Below are positions 10,529-19,831 of a DNA stretch of 64,000 bases, piece by piece. The notes below the pieces were generated by a model. That model saw only the letters and a program-made list of their open reading frames with translations, was not told the origin of the DNA and ran no database searches. The DNA comes from an uncultured delta proteobacterium (GTDB lineage Bacteria > Desulfobacterota > Syntrophia > Syntrophales > UBA5619). Location of the stretch: positions 136,452 through 200,451 of the forward strand of contig CAWFOM010000031.1 in the NCBI GenBank assembly GCA_963817385.1, given 5' to 3'. Made by a program: the position numbers and the translations under genes. Every line of letters begins with the position of its first letter. The stretch's first letter is position 1.

Positions 10529-11668
10529 ATGTACGAAGAATATTTTACCGAGGAACATCAGATCTTCCGGGCCTCGGTCCGGAAATTCGTCGAAAAGGAG
10601 ATCAGCCCCCACATCGACCGCTGGGAGGACGAGGAACTCTTTCCCGTGGAGCTCTATCGACGGTGCGCAACGGAGGGGTTCCTCGGCATCGGCTACCCCG
10701 AGGCCTACGGCGGCACCCCCTGCGACCGGTTCATGTCGATCGTCTATACCGAGGAGATGATCCGTTCCGGTTCCGTCGGGCTGGTCGCCGGCCTCGGCAG
10801 CCTCAACATCGCCATGCCGCCGGTCCTCCACCTGGGGACGGAGGAGCAGAAGCGCCGTTTTCTCGTCCCGGTGCTGAAAGGAGAGAAGATCTCGGCGCTC
10901 GGGATCACCGAGCCGAACGCCGGATCCGACGTGGCTAACATCCGGACCAGGGCCCTCCGCGACGGGGACCACTACGTCGTCAACGGCGCCAAGACCTTCA
11001 TCACCAGCGGCTGCCGGGCGAACTTCATCACCACGGCCGTCAGGACCGGCGAGGCGGGATACAAAGGGGTCAGCCTGCTGATGATCGACAGCGCAACCCC
11101 CGGTTTTTCCGTCGCGAAGAAGATCCGCAAGATGGGGTGGAACGCCTCGGACACGGCGGAGCTTTCCTTCGTCGACTGCCGGGTCCCCGCGGAGAATCTC
11201 CTCGGCGGCGAAGGCCAGGGGTTTTCCGGCATCATGGCCAATTTTCAGGACGAACGGCTCGCCCTGGCCGTCATGGCCCACGCCGTGGCCGCCCTCGCCT
11301 TGGAGGAGTCGATCAAATACGCAAAAAGCCGGGAGGCCTTCGGGAGGCCCCTCTCCGGCTTCCAGGTGACCCGCCACAAGCTCGTCGATATGGCGACGCT
11401 CGTGGAGGTCGCTCGGGAGTTCAACTACCGGATCGCCGCCCGGATGGAGGCGGGAAAGGATGCCGTGAAGGAGGTCTCGATGGCGAAAAACTTCGCCTGC
11501 CAGACCTGCGACAAGGTGGTGTACGACGCCGTCCAACTCCACGGCGGCTACGGCTATGCCCGGGAGTATCTCGTCGAGCGGCTCTACCGCGACTCGCGGA
11601 TCCTGAGCATCGGCGGCGGCACGACGGAAATCATGAAGGAGATCATCAGCAAGGTTACGCAGCTCTGA
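10529..11668 (+). CDS. acyl-CoA dehydrogenase
   Basis: ITEPNAGSDV, NGAKTFIT, KMGWNASDTAEL, QLHGGYGY, IGGGTTEI. Confidence 0.95.
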   Translation: MYEEYFTEEHQIFRASVRKFVEKEISPHIDRWEDEELFPVELYRRCATEGFLGIGYPEAYGGTPCDRFMSIVYTEEMIRSGSVGLVAGLGSLNIAMPPVLHLGTEEQKRRFLVPVLKGEKISALGITEPNAGSDVANIRTRALRDGDHYVVNGAKTFITSGCRANFITTAVRTGEAGYKGVSLLMIDSATPGFSVAKKIRKMGWNASDTAELSFVDCRVPAENLLGGEGQGFSGIMANFQDERLALAVMAHAVAALALEESIKYAKSREAFGRPLSGFQVTRHKLVDMATLVEVAREFNYRIAARMEAGKDAVKEVSMAKNFACQTCDKVVYDAVQLHGGYGYAREYLVERLYRDSRILSIGGGTTEIMKEIISKVTQL

Positions 11669-11833
11669 TCTCTTTCCCGGGAATGCCGGACACCGACTCG
11701 ACATTCCTGTCCAGGATAACCATCGCCCATGAAAAAATTATGTTGCTTTCTCACCAATCATGATAAGGGACAGTCACACTGGACTTTTTATTTACACCCG
11801 AGGTAAAATCCCACATGAAAGGAATTAGGATAC

Positions 11834-12457
11834 ATGGCTTCCAATAGCACATCTGATATTTCAAGCGGGTTAAAAAGTTCACACCAGGAGAAAGAATCTG
11901 ATTCGCCAATAGGGCAACCGGCCGAGGCCGGCAGCGATCGCAGCAAGGATACTATCGGTGCGGATATGATCGCACCCCCAAACGAAAAGACCCTCGGGAC
12001 GCTCATTGTCTCAATCGGCCTTGCTCTCTTTGGGATCTTTTGGATGGTGTGCGCGCATAATATCCCGAACAAGACAGGTTTCGGTTCGCTCGGCCCGGGA
12101 TTTCTTCCTTTTTGGGCGGGATTGATTATGACCCTCATCGCCGGGGGGCTGATCGTAGGGACCGTCCGTTCACGAAAGCGCAACGGCACCCGTCCGGCAA
12201 CAAGCATTCGCTTTTTTGATCAAAATCAGCTTCGCGTCTACGGAGCCATGGCCGCATTGCTGCTCTATATTATTTTCCTGTCGCGACTCCATTTTTTTAT
12301 TAATACCTTTCTCCTTTCCGCAGCCGGTTTGGCTCTGAGCGGAGAACCGTTGAAACCACGCCTGCTGTTGATAGCTGCACTTATCAGCGGAGTGTTATTC
12401 GCGATATTTATCTACTGGCTTGAGATTCCGCTGCCGGGGAGCCGGATATTCGGTTAA
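11834..12457 (+). CDS. tctB: tripartite tricarboxylate transporter small permease TctB
   Basis: 4 TM segments, LGPGFLP, C-terminal LEIPLPG; precedes tctA; alternative start ATG 11966. Confidence 0.8.
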   Translation: MASNSTSDISSGLKSSHQEKESDSPIGQPAEAGSDRSKDTIGADMIAPPNEKTLGTLIVSIGLALFGIFWMVCAHNIPNKTGFGSLGPGFLPFWAGLIMTLIAGGLIVGTVRSRKRNGTRPATSIRFFDQNQLRVYGAMAALLLYIIFLSRLHFFINTFLLSAAGLALSGEPLKPRLLLIAALISGVLFAIFIYWLEIPLPGSRIFG

Positions 12458-12481
12458 TACGCATGAATTAGGAGATCGCAG

Positions 12482-14005
12482 ATGGAAATAGTGAATCTAA
12501 TGATCGGGGGATTTCAGGCGGCGCTTTCCTGGACGAATCTGTATTACCTCTTTATCGGTGTGCTGTTTGGTAATCTCGTGGGTGTCCTCCCCGGCCTGGG
12601 GCCGGTGTCCGGTACCGTTCTTTTGATTCCATTTACCTTCCAGATGTCTCCCGCTACCGCCATCATCATGCTCTCCGGAGTTTATTACGGAGCCATGTAC
12701 GGCGGATCAACCACTTCAATACTGTTGAATATCCCCGGTGAGTCCTCTTCCGTTATGACGGCGGTTGAAGGATATCAGCTCACAAAACAGGGCAGGGCAG
12801 GCGCCGCCCTCGGTATGAGCGCCATAACCTCGTTCGTTGCAGGCACGGCTGCGGTTGTAGGGTTGATGACGCTTTCTCCCGCGATGTCGAAAATAGCCCT
12901 TTCCTTCGGCCCGGTGGAGACCTTCGCCCTCATTTTTGCCGCTTTTACCATCATTGCCAGCCTGGGTGGGACTTCGATCCTCAAGGGACTGGCCATGGGC
13001 GCACTCGGGGTCGTGCTGGCGACGATCGGCATAGAACCGATGGTTGCTCAGACCAGATTGACCTTCGGCCTGGAGCCTCTCGCCGGCGGGGTCAGTTTTG
13101 TGGCGGCGGCCATGGGGCTTTTTGCGCTTCCGGAGGTGTTCGAAAGCATAGAACAACCGGGGCAGGTTGTTTTTAAAAAAGTCTCGCTCAGGTTGCGCAA
13201 CCTCTTCCCCACGAAGCAGGATTTTATCGATTCCAAAACGGCAATGCCTATGGGGGCACTGGTGGGCTTCATCGGCGGCGTTCTCCCCGGAGCCGGGGCC
13301 ACCATTTCATCTTTTTTTGCTTATGGGATTCAAAAAAGGATATCGAAGCACCCCGAATTGTTCGGTCAAGGATCAATGGAGGCGATCGCCTCGGTCGAAG
13401 GGGCCAATAATGCCGCCTCGACAGGGGCCCTGATTCCGATGCTGACATTCGGCATCCCCGGGTCCGGAACCGCCGCAGTGTTGATGGGAGCGATGATCAT
13501 CCACGGACTTCAGCCAGGACCGCTTTTATTCCAAAACAGTCCTGATGTTGTCTGGGCCTTGATTGCCAGCATGTATCTGGGAAATATGATGCTGTTTATC
13601 TTGAATTTCCCGCTCATCGGAATATGGGTAAGTTGCATGCGGATACCGTCCCACATCATTATGACCGGAGTTTTGGCAATATCCGTGGCCGGTGTTTATG
13701 CGGACGCCAATTCACTGGGTGATGTCACTGTTTTGTTCGGTTTCGGCGTGTTGGGCTATATTCTGAAGAAAACTGATTTTCCGCCTGCGCCGATTATCCT
13801 GGCGTTGGTTTTAACCGAACAGTTGGAGGGTGCGCTGCATCGATCACTGGTGATCTCCGGCGGCGATTGGTCGATCTTTGTTACCCGACCCCTCTCGTTG
13901 ATACTACTGCTGGTAGCGCTTGTCTCTATTATCTTGCAGCTGCCCGCATTCGAGCGATGGGTCGGCCGGGTGAGAGAAATGGCAAGGCAGGAGGTGGGAA
14001 GTTAA
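12482..14005 (+). CDS. tctA: tripartite tricarboxylate transporter large permease TctA
   Basis: GVLPGLG, YGGSTTSILLNIPG, EGANNA, PMLTFGIPGS, PGPLLF. Confidence 0.93.
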   Translation: MEIVNLMIGGFQAALSWTNLYYLFIGVLFGNLVGVLPGLGPVSGTVLLIPFTFQMSPATAIIMLSGVYYGAMYGGSTTSILLNIPGESSSVMTAVEGYQLTKQGRAGAALGMSAITSFVAGTAAVVGLMTLSPAMSKIALSFGPVETFALIFAAFTIIASLGGTSILKGLAMGALGVVLATIGIEPMVAQTRLTFGLEPLAGGVSFVAAAMGLFALPEVFESIEQPGQVVFKKVSLRLRNLFPTKQDFIDSKTAMPMGALVGFIGGVLPGAGATISSFFAYGIQKRISKHPELFGQGSMEAIASVEGANNAASTGALIPMLTFGIPGSGTAAVLMGAMIIHGLQPGPLLFQNSPDVVWALIASMYLGNMMLFILNFPLIGIWVSCMRIPSHIIMTGVLAISVAGVYADANSLGDVTVLFGFGVLGYILKKTDFPPAPIILALVLTEQLEGALHRSLVISGGDWSIFVTRPLSLILLLVALVSIILQLPAFERWVGRVREMARQEVGS

Positions 14006-14075
14006 CAAACGGATAGTGAAACGAAACAAGCAACAGGAAGAGAAACTAACAGACAAGACAAGAGGAGGAGTGCCG

Positions 14076-15068
14076 ATGAGATCCATCAAGACGTTTGCGA
14101 AAATTGGTTTTTGTTTGGTGCTGGTGCTGGCGGTGGGGAGTACGGAATTATTGGCAGCAGGTCAAGCCAAGTTCCCGACGAAACCGATCATTTTCGTTGC
14201 ACCCGGTACGGTAGGGGGAGGTTCCGACACCCAGGCCCGATTCTGCCAGGCGGCGATAGAAAAGAAAATAAAGATCAGTGAACCGATTGTCATTTTGAAC
14301 AAAGGCGGACGGGGCGGCACGCAAGAAGCGTATACGTTTACCGAAGGCAAGAAGGGCGACGCCCATTACCTCCTCACCACGGCAAATCAGTTTCTCACAT
14401 ATCCGATGCTGGGCGGAGGATACAATACGAAAAACTTTACACCGATCGCCAATCTGGTTTTTGATCCCGGCGCCTTGGTAGCCAGGCCGGAATCACCGTA
14501 CAAAGAGTTGGAGGATGTCATAAAGGCCGCCAAGGAAAAACCGGACACCATCACTGTTGGCGGAGGTCAGCTCGGCACGCAGGATCATATGGCGCTTTTG
14601 ACCCTTGAAAAGGCCGCCGGCATAAAGTTGCGCTTCGTTCCTTTCGCCGGGGGCGGTGAAATCCACAGAAATGTATTGGGCGGTCAAATCGATCTCGCTA
14701 TGGGTAATCCGTCCGATTTCATGGCCAGCCTTGAAGGCGGGAAGCTCAAAGCGCTCGTTCTCACGACTCCGAAGCGAAGTGCTGCACCCGCTTTGGCAAA
14801 TGTGCCAACGTTAAAAGAAAAAGGATTTGATACCAGCTTTGTTACCTGGCGAGGTTGGGTTGCCCCGGCAGGAATCAAGGCCGAACAGGTTAAATTCCTG
14901 GAAAACCTTTTCAAGGTTGTCATGGAAGATCCTGATTTTAATGATAACTATATCAAAAAGAATGGTATGGTTCCGGCCTACATGCCCTCCGCTGAATTTG
15001 GACGCTTCATGAAAGAGCAGGCGGTGATTTATGAAGCGTTCCTGCGTCAGTCGGGCGTGCTCAAATAA
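14076..15068 (+). CDS. tctC: tripartite tricarboxylate transporter binding protein TctC (Bug family)
   Basis: Signal peptide, FPTKPIIF, GGGSD, VPFAGGG, NVPTLKE, WRGWVAPAG; ATG 14076 after GGAGG. Confidence 0.9.
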   Translation: MRSIKTFAKIGFCLVLVLAVGSTELLAAGQAKFPTKPIIFVAPGTVGGGSDTQARFCQAAIEKKIKISEPIVILNKGGRGGTQEAYTFTEGKKGDAHYLLTTANQFLTYPMLGGGYNTKNFTPIANLVFDPGALVARPESPYKELEDVIKAAKEKPDTITVGGGQLGTQDHMALLTLEKAAGIKLRFVPFAGGGEIHRNVLGGQIDLAMGNPSDFMASLEGGKLKALVLTTPKRSAAPALANVPTLKEKGFDTSFVTWRGWVAPAGIKAEQVKFLENLFKVVMEDPDFNDNYIKKNGMVPAYMPSAEFGRFMKEQAVIYEAFLRQSGVLK

Positions 15069-15093
15069 TCTACGGCTCACCTTACAAAACACC

Positions 15094-15140
15094 AAGTGTT
15101 GCATTGATGATTGATGGCGAGTCAATGCAACACTTTTTTT
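15094..15140 (+). terminator. Rho-independent terminator after tctC
   Basis: AAGTGTTGCATTGA...TCAATGCAACACTT followed by a T run. Confidence 0.8.
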
Positions 15141-15275
15141 GATTGCCGGGAAGGTAAGCTTCAGATCAATGATGAGAAGATCGGGGAGTTTTGTTACGCT
15201 CAATCGCTGCCTGGTTGAAAAAAACGTCCCGATCCATGGATTTAGCAACATGCAGAAGAAGGGAGACGTCTAAAC

Positions 15276-16061
15276 ATGGAGATTCTTCTCCTCAAACCGT
15301 ATGCAGCAAAAACGCAGGAATTGGAACTGTGCCGACAGGTCGCACGGCCGGATACCAATATTACGTTCGCGAATATTGCGGAAACATATCCCATACCTCA
15401 TGTGCATCACAACTATTTTCGCTCAAAAGCGGTGGTAGAGGCCGTCGAACAGATCCTTAAGGCTGAAGAAGATGGATATGACGGTGTCTGCATCGCCTGC
15501 GGTGCCGATCCCGCCCTGTTTGAGGCGCGCGAACTGGTTAAGATCCCGGTCACCAGCACCTTCGAGGCGGCGGGCCACGTTGCCTGTATGATGGGGCATA
15601 AGTTTTCCGTGATCACGACCACCGATTATGCGGTGCCCCAGATGGAAAATCTGGCGTTGCTTTACGGATTTGGCCATAAACTTGCCTCTGTTCGGCATCT
15701 TTCCATTCCCGGCAGGAAACTCCGCAAGGAGGAGACTTCTGAGCAGATGGTGGTCGACAAGGTCAATGAAGTCGCTCGGTACTGCGTTGAGCATGACGGC
15801 GCCGAAGTCGTCGTCATTACCGCCACGCTTGCAGCGGTTCTTTTTTCCACCAAAGAGGGGGGACCCATCACGGATATCGGGGCGCCCGTCGTCAATGCAA
15901 TGCAGGTCGGACTCAAGATGGTTGAACTGATGGTTGACCTGCAGAAACTGGGCGGGCTTGCACCTGTCAGCCGAATCGGCATTTATAAGGAACCTTATGA
16001 GCCCGAATACCGTACGCTGCGGGAATTTTATAAACTTCCTCTGCGAAGAGGTTTGAAATAG
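15276..16061 (+). CDS. Asp/Glu/hydantoin (allantoin) racemase family protein lacking the second catalytic Cys
   Basis: AEEDGYDGVCIACGADPALFEARELVKIPV, GHKFSVIT; the second Cys motif reads GAEVVVITATL instead of GAEVIILGCT. Confidence 0.8.
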   Translation: MEILLLKPYAAKTQELELCRQVARPDTNITFANIAETYPIPHVHHNYFRSKAVVEAVEQILKAEEDGYDGVCIACGADPALFEARELVKIPVTSTFEAAGHVACMMGHKFSVITTTDYAVPQMENLALLYGFGHKLASVRHLSIPGRKLRKEETSEQMVVDKVNEVARYCVEHDGAEVVVITATLAAVLFSTKEGGPITDIGAPVVNAMQVGLKMVELMVDLQKLGGLAPVSRIGIYKEPYEPEYRTLREFYKLPLRRGLK

Positions 16062-16124
16062 CATCGGTGAACCTTCACCTTGTTCCCGGATAGAGAGATT
16101 CATCGTTAGCAGGGAGGATGGACG

Positions 16125-17135
16125 GTGAAACCGAACATATTCGTTACCCAGCCGATCGAAGAATCGGCTTTGAAAAAACTGTCTCAGTATATGCAGGTTG
16201 AGATATATCCGGATGCGATGAAAACGATCACAAAAGACTCTCTTCTGCAGGGGATCGCGGGGAAAGACTATCTGTTCTGCCGTCTGGGCGATCAGATCGA
16301 TGCCGATGTCATCGGCGCGAATGCCCGGTTGAAGATGATAGCAACCATGGGGTCCTCTCCGTCGGGGATTGACATCACGACGGCCACAAAACTGAAGATC
16401 CCGGTGATCGGAAGAGGCGGTGCGAATCAACAGGGTGGAAGGAGCGCGATCACGAACGAGACAGCCGATCTGACGTGGGCCCTGCTGATGGCGGTGGCCA
16501 GAAGGATTCTCGAAGGAGACAGGCTGGTTCGTTCCGGCGTTTTCCCGGGACCGCATTCCCCGTATCTGCTGGGTGCGCAGGTCAACAGCAAGAATCTCGG
16601 GATAGTCGGCATGGGAAAGATCGGCAGGGCGATAGCAAAGAGGGCCTATGGCTTTGATATGAAAATTTATTATTACTCGACGAGGCGACATCCGGATATT
16701 GAAGAGAAGTTCAACGCCGCCTTCTTATCCTTTGAAGATCTATTGAGAAACGCCGATTTCCTCTGCATGCTTCCACCCTATACAGCCGCGACACACCATA
16801 TGATCGGGGAAAAGCAGTTGAGGTTGATGAAACCGACGGCGTTTCTGATTAACACATCGCGCGGTCCGGTCGTGGATCAAAATGCGCTGGTGAAAGCGCT
16901 CAGCATGAAAACGATTGCCGGGGCAGCCCTGGACGTCTTCGAGGGAGAACCTCATCCCGAGCTACCCAAAGAACTGATCGCCATGCCAAACGTCGTCCTG
17001 ACGCCGCATTTAGGGAGCGCAGTGGCGGAAAAACGCGAAATCATGACGAATGAAATTGTCGACGAGATCATCGCTTTTTCCCAGGGGAAAGCGCCTTCTC
17101 ACCTCTTTAACCCGGAAGTATTGAGGGTTATGTAA
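16125..17135 (+). CDS. D-2-hydroxyacid dehydrogenase (glyoxylate/hydroxypyruvate reductase-like)
   Basis: GIVGMGKIG Rossmann motif; INTSRG, ALDVFEGEP and TPHLGSA supply the Arg/Glu/His triad. Confidence 0.88.
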   Translation: MKPNIFVTQPIEESALKKLSQYMQVEIYPDAMKTITKDSLLQGIAGKDYLFCRLGDQIDADVIGANARLKMIATMGSSPSGIDITTATKLKIPVIGRGGANQQGGRSAITNETADLTWALLMAVARRILEGDRLVRSGVFPGPHSPYLLGAQVNSKNLGIVGMGKIGRAIAKRAYGFDMKIYYYSTRRHPDIEEKFNAAFLSFEDLLRNADFLCMLPPYTAATHHMIGEKQLRLMKPTAFLINTSRGPVVDQNALVKALSMKTIAGAALDVFEGEPHPELPKELIAMPNVVLTPHLGSAVAEKREIMTNEIVDEIIAFSQGKAPSHLFNPEVLRVM

Positions 17136-17283
17136 CATGCCATCGGGACCTGTAAGGAAGCGAAAGCAGCGGTATGGGGAACCCATTCCTCCACATAACA
17201 TTCAAAACAAAACTCTTGGAGGACGTATTGCTACCGAAAGAGAAGAAAATCATCACCCGGCCTTCGGGTGTGAGAAAATCTTC

Positions 17284-17312
17284 TTGACAGATACGGACGC
17301 TTCTCTTATAGC
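17284..17312 (+). promoter_or_regulatory. sigma70-type promoter upstream of PAL-like gene
   Basis: TTGACA-17 nt-TATAGC. Confidence 0.5.
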
Positions 17313-17491
17313 CTCACCTCACAGAAGCGCACGTTCTCCGTGCCCCAGGCAAAGTTTGGCGAATCCAGTGGGTTGAGAAGCCACACGACAAAGTTAGCCG
17401 ACCGTTAGAACCGAGTTTTGCACATATGCGGGTAATCGTATGAGCGAAGCGAAAACAGGACGACCGCGGGCCGTCACAAGGGGGATGCGAA

Positions 17492-18514
17492 ATGAAAAAG
17501 ACAAGTTCTAAGATCACCGCTGCTACATGTTTGAAGTTCGAGGTGGACCCGTGGTTTCCCAAGCCGCTGCCCGAGGGGTGGGTAACCGGGCAGCTTTCCA
17601 CCGTATGCGTGGACGCCCACGATCACATCATCGTCACCAACCGGCGAGATTTATCGGCCGAGGTTATGGAGACCAGCGTTAATGCGCCTTCGGTGATCAT
17701 GTTTGACCTTGCCGGCAACGTTGTCGAATCCTGGGGGACGTCGGAGACGGTTCCGGGGACCATCCATAGCTGTGCTGCCGATAGCGATAACAATATCTGG
17801 TTGACCGGCAACGGCGACGGCATTATCCAGAAGTGGAGCCACGACGGGAAGCTCCTGCTGCAGATCGGGGAACGGGGTGTTTTCGATTCGTCGGACGGGA
17901 CTAGTAAAGGCAAGGCCTTGAATGCGAACAAGACGCAGTTTTTCAACCCGGCAGGTCTCACGATCGACCCGACCAACGATGACGTTTACGTTACCGACGG
18001 CTATGGCAACCGCCGCGTTGTGGTGCTGGATAAAAATGGGAAATTCCTGCGGCAGTGGGGCCGGCAGGGGACAACGGAGGAAATCAGGGACGGTAAGGGC
18101 GGCGTCTTTGCAAAGGTCGTTCATGGCGTTGCGATCAGCAACGCCGGCCTGGTATATATATCCGACCGGCAGGGGGATCGGGTGCAGGTGTTCGATAAGG
18201 AAGGTAATTTTAAAAGAAACATCTGGGTCAGAACGGGGACGTCCACCCTGCCCGATCCGCGGGGTACTGCCTGGTGGGTGGCGTTTTCGCCCGATAAGGA
18301 ACAGAAGTACCTGTATGTGATGAACGGGCGCAACGAGGAGGTTCATATTCTCGATCATGCGAGCGGAGCTATTCTGTCGACGTTCGGCCGTCCGGGACAC
18401 CAGTTGGGTCAGTTCACGCACGGCCACACGCTGGCGGTCGACAGCAAGGGGAACATCTATGTTGCCGAGACCAATGAAGGCCGGAGGATCCAGAAGTTCA
18501 AGCCCGTGGAGTAA
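17492..18514 (+). CDS. NHL beta-propeller, peptidyl-alpha-hydroxyglycine alpha-amidating lyase (PAL)-like
   Basis: TIHSC, VTDGYGNRRV, VHGVAIS, SDRQGDRVQVF and HGHTLAVD match the PAL Zn-His3/Tyr/Arg motifs. Confidence 0.8.
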   Translation: MKKTSSKITAATCLKFEVDPWFPKPLPEGWVTGQLSTVCVDAHDHIIVTNRRDLSAEVMETSVNAPSVIMFDLAGNVVESWGTSETVPGTIHSCAADSDNNIWLTGNGDGIIQKWSHDGKLLLQIGERGVFDSSDGTSKGKALNANKTQFFNPAGLTIDPTNDDVYVTDGYGNRRVVVLDKNGKFLRQWGRQGTTEEIRDGKGGVFAKVVHGVAISNAGLVYISDRQGDRVQVFDKEGNFKRNIWVRTGTSTLPDPRGTAWWVAFSPDKEQKYLYVMNGRNEEVHILDHASGAILSTFGRPGHQLGQFTHGHTLAVDSKGNIYVAETNEGRRIQKFKPVE

Positions 18515-18588
18515 TCCTCATCGATGGTGGCTACACCGTTTCGTATCTCATACCCACAGGCAGTTTTTGATTTGAAAGGGAATACCAA

Positions 18589-19800
18589 ATGGACTTTGCG
18601 GTAGATTGGACAAAGAGAATAGATTTTGACCTGCTCCGTCAAACGAGGACAGAGAGTTTGAACGAACAAATCAAGAAGCATGAGCTTGATGCGCTGCTCT
18701 GTTTTAAGGCGGAAAACATCCGGTATATGACCGGTTACCGGCCGTTGTGGTGGCCCATCTCTTTTCTCACGCGGAATGCGGGCATCATGGCCGCGGACAA
18801 GGAGCCCATCCTTTTCCCCACGAGCGGCTGTTATGAGAGATGCAGGGACACCATGTATTGGATGAAGAAGGATAATATTCGGCCTCTCGCTACCATGGAG
18901 GATCCGGGAATCGTCGATGTGGAGGTGAAAAAGAAATTCATCCCCGCGTTTGACGAGTTGGGGATTACAGGAGGCAGGATTGGAATCGATCATGTTTCTA
19001 TGCTGACCCTGCTGAAGCTTAAGGAGGCGTTCCCCAAAGCCGAATTCGTCAACGGGGACCATTGCGTTTTAGATGCCCAGGTGGTCAAGAACAGCGAAGA
19101 GATAAAGTGCATGCGGGCATCGAGTCAACTGGCAGTGGTTGCCATGGATAGAGCCATGAAAAAAATCGATGTAGGCGTTCGCGAGTGCGAGATACTGGCG
19201 GAGGCGATGCATTCCCTGTATTCGAACGGGATGGAGGTACCCCAGTGCAGTTTGATCGTGACCTCGGGAGACGGAACGGCACCCCTGCGACGGTTTGCTT
19301 CCGACAGGAAAATCAACTGGGGAGAGTTGGTCTTCATGGATCTCGGCGGCTGTTTCAACGGGTATTTTTCCGACTTCACGCGAACGGTGATTTTTGGCAA
19401 GCCGAACGAGCAACAGAAGAAGATTTATAAAGCCGTATATGGAATGATGAAAGAAATCCATAGAACAATGAGACCAGGCAATACCAACGCGGATGTGAAT
19501 AATGCGGCGAGGCAAGTCGTTATTGATCACGGTTTCAAAGGGCGTGATTATCTGGGTTTGCTGGGGCATAGCATCGGAGTTACGGGATTGACTTACCCTA
19601 TTGTGGGAGAGGTTGCGGCGATAGGGAGCGAGAAAGAAGTGGAGTTACAGCCGGGTATGATTTTCAGTATGGAACCCGGAATTTTCATCCCCGGCACGCC
19701 GGGAGGCGGAGGTGTCCGGATCGAAGATACCATTCTCATCACGGAAGAGGGCAATGAAGTTCTCACGCAGACACCGTATGATGAAAATCTGTTGTCGTAA
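18589..19800 (+). CDS. M24 family (Xaa-Pro aminopeptidase/creatinase-fold) metallohydrolase
   Basis: NIRYMTG N-domain; MDLGG, SDFTRT, GHSIG, MEPG and RIEDT metal ligands. Confidence 0.9.
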   Translation: MDFAVDWTKRIDFDLLRQTRTESLNEQIKKHELDALLCFKAENIRYMTGYRPLWWPISFLTRNAGIMAADKEPILFPTSGCYERCRDTMYWMKKDNIRPLATMEDPGIVDVEVKKKFIPAFDELGITGGRIGIDHVSMLTLLKLKEAFPKAEFVNGDHCVLDAQVVKNSEEIKCMRASSQLAVVAMDRAMKKIDVGVRECEILAEAMHSLYSNGMEVPQCSLIVTSGDGTAPLRRFASDRKINWGELVFMDLGGCFNGYFSDFTRTVIFGKPNEQQKKIYKAVYGMMKEIHRTMRPGNTNADVNNAARQVVIDHGFKGRDYLGLLGHSIGVTGLTYPIVGEVAAIGSEKEVELQPGMIFSMEPGIFIPGTPGGGGVRIEDTILITEEGNEVLTQTPYDENLLS

Positions 19801-19831
19801 TCAACCGCGTTTTCTCTGAAATGAGAAACTG

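Noticed and set aside
17137..17376. 79-aa ORF after the dehydrogenase
   Set aside because: No RBS or motif, and it overlaps a predicted promoter
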